In this document: in pieces, positions 59,129-64,000 of the stretch
How the letters are laid out: every line of letters begins with the position of its first letter
Position numbering within the stretch: the first letter of the stretch is position 1
Assembly (NCBI GenBank): GCA_902825995.1
Contig: CADEDE010000004.1
Span: 3,977-67,976 of the forward strand
Direction of reading: 5' to 3'
Length of the DNA stretch: 64,000 nucleotides
Origin: an uncultured Burkholderiales bacterium
GTDB lineage: Bacteria > Pseudomonadota > Gammaproteobacteria > Burkholderiales > Burkholderiaceae_C
Translations under genes and position numbers: made by a program
The notes under the pieces: generated by a model
Databases searched by the model: none
The model's input: the letters and a program-made list of their open reading frames with translations, nothing else
What the model was told of the DNA's origin: nothing

Positions 59129-60070
59129 ATGTTCGGCAGCGCGTGGATGCGATATGGGCTGCTGCTCGCCGCGGTCGGCCTGTTCGCGGCGGCGGCCACC
59201 CCGGCCGCGGAGCGCGAGGCGCGCGCCCACGGCGAGCGCCTGGTCGCGCAATACCGCCTGCCGCCGGATTCGATCGCCCGTTACGCCGCCCTGGCGGCGG
59301 GCCAGGCGCTCGACACCGTGCGCAACGAGCAATCGATGTTTGCCGACCGCTCGCCGTGGATCGGCCCCGAGCAGCGCGCGGGCGTCGGCCACAACCCCTA
59401 CACCCTGGTATTGACCGTCAGCGGCGTGGCCAAAGCCGCCGGCGATGTGCACGCGCAGTGGCAAGCCGGCTGGCGGCTGCGCGAGTCGGTGACTGCCAGC
59501 CGCGAGCTGGTGCTGGCGCTGCCGCGCATCGCCCGCGCCGGCCTGGCAGCGGGCCAGCCGGTGACCCTCAGCGCCATCAGCACGCGGGTGAGTTTTCGCG
59601 GCGAGCGCAACGTGGCGCCGATGCTCGGCCTGATGCAGATGGGCAACCTCGACCTCGACGCTGTGCAGGTTCAAGTCTGGTCGGGCGCCGCGCCGCCGGC
59701 CTGGGCCGAATGGCCGCGCCTGCGCAAGGAATGGCTGGCGCTGGGCCTGGCGTGCCTGTTGGCGGCGTGGGGCTTCAAAGCCTGGACCACCGCGCCGCGG
59801 GCCGCCGCACAGCCGCTGCGCAGCACCCTGCCGCCGCCCGAGCCCGCGTGGCGCCCGTGGCCAGAGGCTGCCAGGCCCGTGGCGCGCGCGGCCAGACGCG
59901 ATGCGATGGCTCCGGCGCCAATGCCGCCGCCGGTGCCGCGCCCTGCCGCGCAGAGCCACGAAGACCGGGTCATCGCGGCCCTGCATCAGGTGCTGACGGT
60001 CGGCCTGACTGTTCACACCGTGCTCGACGAGGCACGCATGCAACGCCGCCGCCGCGCGCCTCAACGGTAG
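59129..60070 (+). CDS. Hypothetical secreted/membrane protein with a Pro-rich C-terminal half
   Basis: 313 aa from ATG 59129 with a signal peptide (LLLAAVGLFAAAATPAA), one internal TM (WLALGLACLLAAWGF) and coding-like GC3. Confidence 0.55.
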   Translation: MFGSAWMRYGLLLAAVGLFAAAATPAAEREARAHGERLVAQYRLPPDSIARYAALAAGQALDTVRNEQSMFADRSPWIGPEQRAGVGHNPYTLVLTVSGVAKAAGDVHAQWQAGWRLRESVTASRELVLALPRIARAGLAAGQPVTLSAISTRVSFRGERNVAPMLGLMQMGNLDLDAVQVQVWSGAAPPAWAEWPRLRKEWLALGLACLLAAWGFKAWTTAPRAAAQPLRSTLPPPEPAWRPWPEAARPVARAARRDAMAPAPMPPPVPRPAAQSHEDRVIAALHQVLTVGLTVHTVLDEARMQRRRRAPQR

Positions 60071-60942
60071 TCGGTTTGCCAGCAGTTGCGCTGTGGGTAC
60101 GCAGCGTTGTGCACCCAGTACTCCCTGCCACCGGCGAGCCTGAAGACGCCACCGAGGCTGGAAGACTCCAGCACGCGGAAACCCGCACCCAAGGATTGCG
60201 CGCAGGCCTGATCGGCTTGCGTGCGGGTTGCGAACTCGCTGCCCCGGAAATCGCTGCCGGTTGCCGCGATGTCGAGCCAGCGGCTGTTGCCTTCCTCCAC
60301 GTCTCGACCGCAAGCCACGGGCCGCGGCGTGACGCAGCTTTGCGGCTTGACGCACTGGAATCCGCAGTGGTTCAGATCCGCCGCGTTCGGCGGCGCCACC
60401 ACGACGCTGCCGGCGGCCACGCCTGAAGGCAACTCGACGCCCGAGGCGCTGACGATCGCCGGCATCGCGGATAGGGTCCTGGCGTTCGCCTGCAGCTGCG
60501 CGGGGATGTCGGCGACGGACCGCAGCACGTCGGCGTGGCAGAACCTGCCGATGTGGGCCGTCGATGTCGTGCTAGCGCAGTCGTAGAAGGCAGCGTCGGC
60601 CGTGCGAACGACCGGCACATAGTTGAGCACCACCCAATCGCCGTCCACCCTGGCATCCAACGCCACCCGCAGGATCGAGTCCTTGTCGATCGACCACGCC
60701 TTGACCCCGATCCCTGTTGGCACTGGCGGCAGGGCGGTATCGCCCGGCCCAGCCGGCCTGCGGGTTTCCAGGAAGTACTGCAGAAGCGGCCGAATCAGCA
60801 CGCCCGACCCACCCGCCGACCACTCCTCGAAGCGCTCCAGATTGACGCGCGATTTCTGCGCCTGAAGCTGCGACCAGCCCAGCAGCATCAATATCGGCAG
60901 GCTCAGCGCCAACAGCAAACCCCAACCGCGTTTACGCGTCAT
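60061..60942 (-). CDS. Hypothetical membrane-anchored Cys-rich protein
   Basis: 293 aa with an N-terminal TM (WGLLLALSLPILMLLGW) and 10 Cys in the extracytoplasmic part. The 3' end overlaps the convergent gene by 10 nt. Confidence 0.55.
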   Translation of the reverse strand: MTRKRGWGLLLALSLPILMLLGWSQLQAQKSRVNLERFEEWSAGGSGVLIRPLLQYFLETRRPAGPGDTALPPVPTGIGVKAWSIDKDSILRVALDARVDGDWVVLNYVPVVRTADAAFYDCASTTSTAHIGRFCHADVLRSVADIPAQLQANARTLSAMPAIVSASGVELPSGVAAGSVVVAPPNAADLNHCGFQCVKPQSCVTPRPVACGRDVEEGNSRWLDIAATGSDFRGSEFATRTQADQACAQSLGAGFRVLESSSLGGVFRLAGGREYWVHNAAYPQRNCWQTDYR

Positions 60943-61201
60943 ACAGCCCAGCCTCGATCATCGCGGATGGAAGTTCGACCGCATCGGTTCGAGTATCACG
61001 CCTTCGACGGCCCCAGCGCCCGGCCATCGACTGCCCGACAGGCCGCAAACAGACGCTCCGCTTGCCGAGTTGCCCAACGGCGTGTGCGTGCTCGCCTTGC
61101 CCTTGCCGCAGCTGCAAACCACCGCGGTCAGCGCCTTCGTGCACACCGCCGCCACGCTGAAGACGCTGGCGAAAGCGGTGAAGGTGCCGCTGGACGCGAT
61201 A

Positions 61202-61429
61202 TCAGGCGCCGCAGCTCGAGCACCCGCGCTGCATCTGCACCGGCGGGCACTTGATCGTGCCGTAGGAACAGAAAACGCAGCAGTCGCCTGCCTTCGGGCG
61301 CAGCACGGCCTTGCAGTGCCCGCATTCGTAGAAGAACTGGCAAGCGTCGGTCGGCATGACTTCGCGCTTGGCGTGGCCGCATTGCGGGCAGGTCAGCACC
61401 GACTCGAGAGCGGGAGTGCCTGCCGTCAT
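61202..61429 (-). CDS. GDCCVxC-domain small metal-binding protein
   Basis: 75 aa with CPQCGH, CQFFYECGHC, GDCCVFCSYG and a C-terminal CSSCG. The start overlaps the merP stop (ATGA). Confidence 0.8.
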   Translation of the reverse strand: MTAGTPALESVLTCPQCGHAKREVMPTDACQFFYECGHCKAVLRPKAGDCCVFCSYGTIKCPPVQMQRGCSSCGA

Positions 61430-61704
61430 TTGCGGGCCGCCGACGGGTAGCCCGCCTCGGTCGTGGCCTTGACCAAGGCCGCGGCGGTGGTCTTGTCGGC
61501 ATCGAAGGTCACGGTCGCCGTTTTCTTCGCGAAATCGATCTGCGCCTGGCTGACCCCGGGCACTTTCTCCAGCGACTTCCTGACCGTGACCGGGCACAGC
61601 TCGCAGGTCATATTCTGCACATCGAGGACGGCCGTGCGCGGCGTCGCGGCGGCTGCGGCCAGCGGCATCAGTGCGGCAAGCCCGGCGGCGATGAAGTGGC
61701 GCAT
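61426..61704 (-). CDS. merP: Periplasmic mercury-binding protein MerP
   Basis: 92 aa with a signal peptide and an HMA fold. The metal motif is MTCELCPVTV, a GMTCxxC-type motif with G replaced by N. Confidence 0.88.
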   Translation of the reverse strand: MRHFIAAGLAALMPLAAAAATPRTAVLDVQNMTCELCPVTVRKSLEKVPGVSQAQIDFAKKTATVTFDADKTTAAALVKATTEAGYPSAARK

Positions 61705-61715
61705 GAGGGATCCTT

Positions 61716-62063
61716 TCAGAGGAAGAACGGCGCCAACCAAGGCACCGACAACAACGCGAGCAGCGCCAGCGCAACGATCCAGAAGATCAGACGCTGGCGC
61801 CCAAGGACGATCGGCTCTGCGCACACCGCGCCCGGCTCGCACACCTGCGGCTGCAAATACAGGCGCCGGAACGCCAGGCCGAGGAACAGCAGCGTCGCCG
61901 CGATAAGCCACGGTCGCATCGGCTCCAGTGCCGTGAGATGGGCGATCCAGGCCCCGCCGATGCCCAGCGTGAGCAGCAGCAGCGGCCCGACGCAGCACAC
62001 CGAGGCGCCGATGGCGGCCAGCGCGCCGGCGACCAGCGAGCCCCTGAACTTGAACGATGGCAT
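61716..62063 (-). CDS. merT: Mercuric ion transporter MerT
   Basis: 115 aa from ATG 62063 with the first-TM CC pair (GASVCCVGPLLLL) and a second Cys pair (CEPGAVC). Confidence 0.88.
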   Translation of the reverse strand: MPSFKFRGSLVAGALAAIGASVCCVGPLLLLTLGIGGAWIAHLTALEPMRPWLIAATLLFLGLAFRRLYLQPQVCEPGAVCAEPIVLGRQRLIFWIVALALLALLSVPWLAPFFL

Positions 62064-62101
62064 TCGTGCGATTGAACAGCTGAACCAATCCGATGGCGTG
62101 C

Positions 62102-62133
62102 AGTCTAGAGACCGTACCATGGTACGGAGTCAA
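62102..62133 (-). promoter_or_regulatory. mer operator/promoter (MerR dyad between -35 and -10)
   Basis: Minus-strand read: TTGACT (62133-62128), then the perfect 16-bp palindrome CCGTACCATGGTACGG (62112-62127), then TAGACT (62107-62102). The 19-20 bp spacer is typical of MerR-family promoters. Confidence 0.8.
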
Positions 62134-62145
62134 GGGGTGCAGACG

Positions 62146-62541
62146 ATGGCCGCGCTGACCATAGGGCGACTGGCCGATGAAGCCGGCGTCAACGTCGAGA
62201 CGATCCGCTATTACCAGCGCCGCGGCCTGATGCCCCAGCCGGACAAGCCGGTCAACGGCCAGCGCCGCTATGCCGCCGATGCGCTCAGGCGCGTGCACTT
62301 CATCAAGCGGGCGCAGGTGCTGGGCTTCACCCTGGAAGAAGTCGGCAGCCTGCTCGAACTCGACGCGGCCCACGCCTGTGGCGAGACACGCGAACTGGCC
62401 GCGCACAAGCTGGCGGTCATCGACAGCAAGCTTGGCGACCTGAAGGCGATGCGCAAGGCGCTGGTCGCGCTGCTGCGCCAGTGCGACAGCGGTACGGCCA
62501 AGGGCAACTGCCCGATCATCCACGCCTTGGCAGCCGATTGA
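62146..62541 (+). CDS. merR: Hg(II)-responsive transcriptional regulator MerR
   Basis: 131 aa with an HTH ([25 protein letters not shown]) and Hg-ligand cysteines ([20 protein letters not shown]). Divergent from merT. Confidence 0.9.
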   Translation: MAALTIGRLADEAGVNVETIRYYQRRGLMPQPDKPVNGQRRYAADALRRVHFIKRAQVLGFTLEEVGSLLELDAAHACGETRELAAHKLAVIDSKLGDLKAMRKALVALLRQCDSGTAKGNCPIIHALAAD

Positions 62542-62569
62542 CGCCCCTGCCCTGCGGCCTGCGGGCGCT

Positions 62570-63100
62570 TCACGCGCGCCAGCGTTCGCCCTCGCGGCGC
62601 GCCCGGCCCAGGGCTTCCAGCGTCTGCAGGATTTGCGGCAGGCGTTTCTTCCACGCGCCGCGGCCGCTGAAGCGTTCGGCCAACGCGGCTTCGGCGTGGG
62701 CACCGGGAGTCGCGGCCAGCATGTCGGCCACAGTGCGCATCTGCTCGGGCAATGTCGCGGGCCAGGGCTGGCGTCAGACCGGTGTCGTCCGAGGGGAACG
62801 GGAAGGTCTCGAAGCAGCGAGTCTTGTTGTAGTGAGGGTCATTGCCGATGCCGAGCCGTCCGCCCGCGGCCAGTGCCCATTCGACATGAACCCGACTGGA
62901 TAACACGCCGTGATGCATCGCATCAGCGCTCGCGATCGCGATCGCGATCGCGATCACCATATTGTCTGGGAGGATGCTGGCATCGAGAAACTGAATCGTG
63001 CGGTGCCTACTCGTTTCAACCGTGGCGATGTAGCGCGACAAGCCGAACAGCGCCGGTCGCAGTTCCCTGCGGGGCTCGCCGAATAACCACCCGTTGGATA
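62570..63100 (-). pseudogene. Decayed DNA methyltransferase gene (C-terminal region only; frameshift or internal deletion)
   Basis: One frame reads [43 protein letters not shown]...[18 protein letters not shown]. The C-terminal [26 protein letters not shown] is in another frame (62570-62752). The catalytic N-terminal half is missing. Confidence 0.6.
62932..62955. repeat. Hexanucleotide microsatellite (GCGATC)x4
   Basis: Four perfect tandem GCGATC units inside the methyltransferase remnant, read there as IAIAIAIA. Confidence 0.9.
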
Positions 63101-63186
63101 GACCGACGGGAACCGCTGCCGAGCCTCGTCGACCGACAAGCCAAAGAGGTCGATCACAAAGCCCGAGGCGCCGGCAAACAGCCTTC

Positions 63187-63966
63187 TCAGGTGGCGGCGA
63201 ACAGCGTCGCAGCACCCCAGATGATCAGCAACAGTCCGGCGCCGCGGCCGACCCAGTGGCCGGCGGGGCTGAGTTTTTCGACCAGCACGAACAGGGCGAT
63301 GCCGGCGATCCAGGCCAGGTTCATCACGCCGCCGACGAACAGCAGCAGCATCAGCAGCCAGCAACAGCCGACACAGACGCTGCCATGGCGCAAGCCCATC
63401 GCGAAGGCGCCGCGCGGGCCCGGGCGCCAGTGGGCCATGACGAAGTCGAGCGGCGAGCGGCAATGGCGCAGGCAGGCCTGCTTCAGCGGCGTCCACTGGT
63501 ACAGCCCGGCGGCGATCAGCACCGCGGCGGCGAGCACGCGGCTGCTGGTTTGCATCATCGGCGACAGCAGCGCGGCTTGTTCGAGGCCGTACTGCAGCGT
63601 CGTCGCCGCCCCACTGAAGGCGGCCCAGACCGCGAGGTAGCCTGCCGCAACGGCGCCCGAGGCCATGGCCGGCGCAGCGCGTTCGCCCTGGCGCCGCGCC
63701 AGCGTGGCATGCAGCAGGATCATCGGCGCGGCGCTGGGCAGCATCATCGCGGCCATCATCACGGCCCACATCACGAGCACGACCAGCGCATGGCCCGGCG
63801 TCCACGGCCCGCTGCTCATCGGCATCAGCATGTCGCCCATCGCTTGCATCATGCCGGCGCCGCTGAGCAGGTAGGCCCAGGACAAGGCCATCACGAACAG
63901 CAGGCAGCCGACGACGACAACGCGATCGCGCCGCAACGCCACTTCGATCAGCGTGCCGGCCGTCAT
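63187..63966 (-). CDS. DUF2182-type integral membrane protein (putative metal-binding)
   Basis: 259 aa, Met-rich TM helices ([17 protein letters not shown]), a CLRHCRSP motif and CVGCCW. Confidence 0.75.
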   Translation of the reverse strand: MTAGTLIEVALRRDRVVVVGCLLFVMALSWAYLLSGAGMMQAMGDMLMPMSSGPWTPGHALVVLVMWAVMMAAMMLPSAAPMILLHATLARRQGERAAPAMASGAVAAGYLAVWAAFSGAATTLQYGLEQAALLSPMMQTSSRVLAAAVLIAAGLYQWTPLKQACLRHCRSPLDFVMAHWRPGPRGAFAMGLRHGSVCVGCCWLLMLLLFVGGVMNLAWIAGIALFVLVEKLSPAGHWVGRGAGLLLIIWGAATLFAAT

Positions 63967-64000
63967 GTCGGCGCCGTATGCCGTGCGCGGTCCGCGCTAG

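Noticed and set aside
60958-61155. 65-codon ORF and other frames in the 260-bp gap after the GDCCVxC gene, examined as a possible merA/merC/merF remnant
   Set aside because: None of the three minus-strand frames resembles the MerA N-terminus (GMTCxxC) or its C-terminus, nor MerC or MerF as I remember them. High GC3 in one frame hints at a relic of some gene, but its identity is unknown.
62119-62145. Alternative merR start at ATG 62119
   Set aside because: That ATG lies inside the operator palindrome (CCATGG). ATG 62146 gives the canonical MerR N-terminus (M..LTIGxLA) and leaves the operator intergenic.

Overview
High-GC (roughly 65-70%) chromosomal segment that reads like a betaproteobacterium of the Burkholderiales; this is inferred from gene content and synteny, since no search was possible. 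Most of the window is housekeeping: dusB-fis-purH, glnA-ntrBC, xthA, folA, ribF-ileS-lspA, murA-hisGDCBHA, purL, map-glnD-mnmH. Accessory material: (i) a ~13 kb copper/silver resistance island at ~37.06-50.2 kb, entirely on the minus strand, between a transposase scar and purL (cusCBA with a CusB-CusF fusion, Cu P-type ATPase, small periplasmic and membrane proteins); (ii) a merR / merT-merP-GDCCVxC locus with no merA in the window, next to a decayed DNA methyltransferase; (iii) a vapBC toxin-antitoxin pair and a GNAT domain fused to HisD, both inside the his operon; (iv) an IS630 remnant beside a decayed mipA paralogue. The most unusual signal is a family of ~70-90 bp GC-rich hairpin elements. 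There are 8 copies, all co-oriented with local transcription. Their conserved 5' TGA repeatedly coincides with stop codons, and 4 copies are translated in frame inside ileS, hisG and an M48 peptidase. A second, unrelated multi-hairpin insert sits in the purL interdomain linker. No rRNA, tRNA or CRISPR array was recognised. Many long ORFs in the supplied track are antisense shadows typical of high-GC DNA and were not called.
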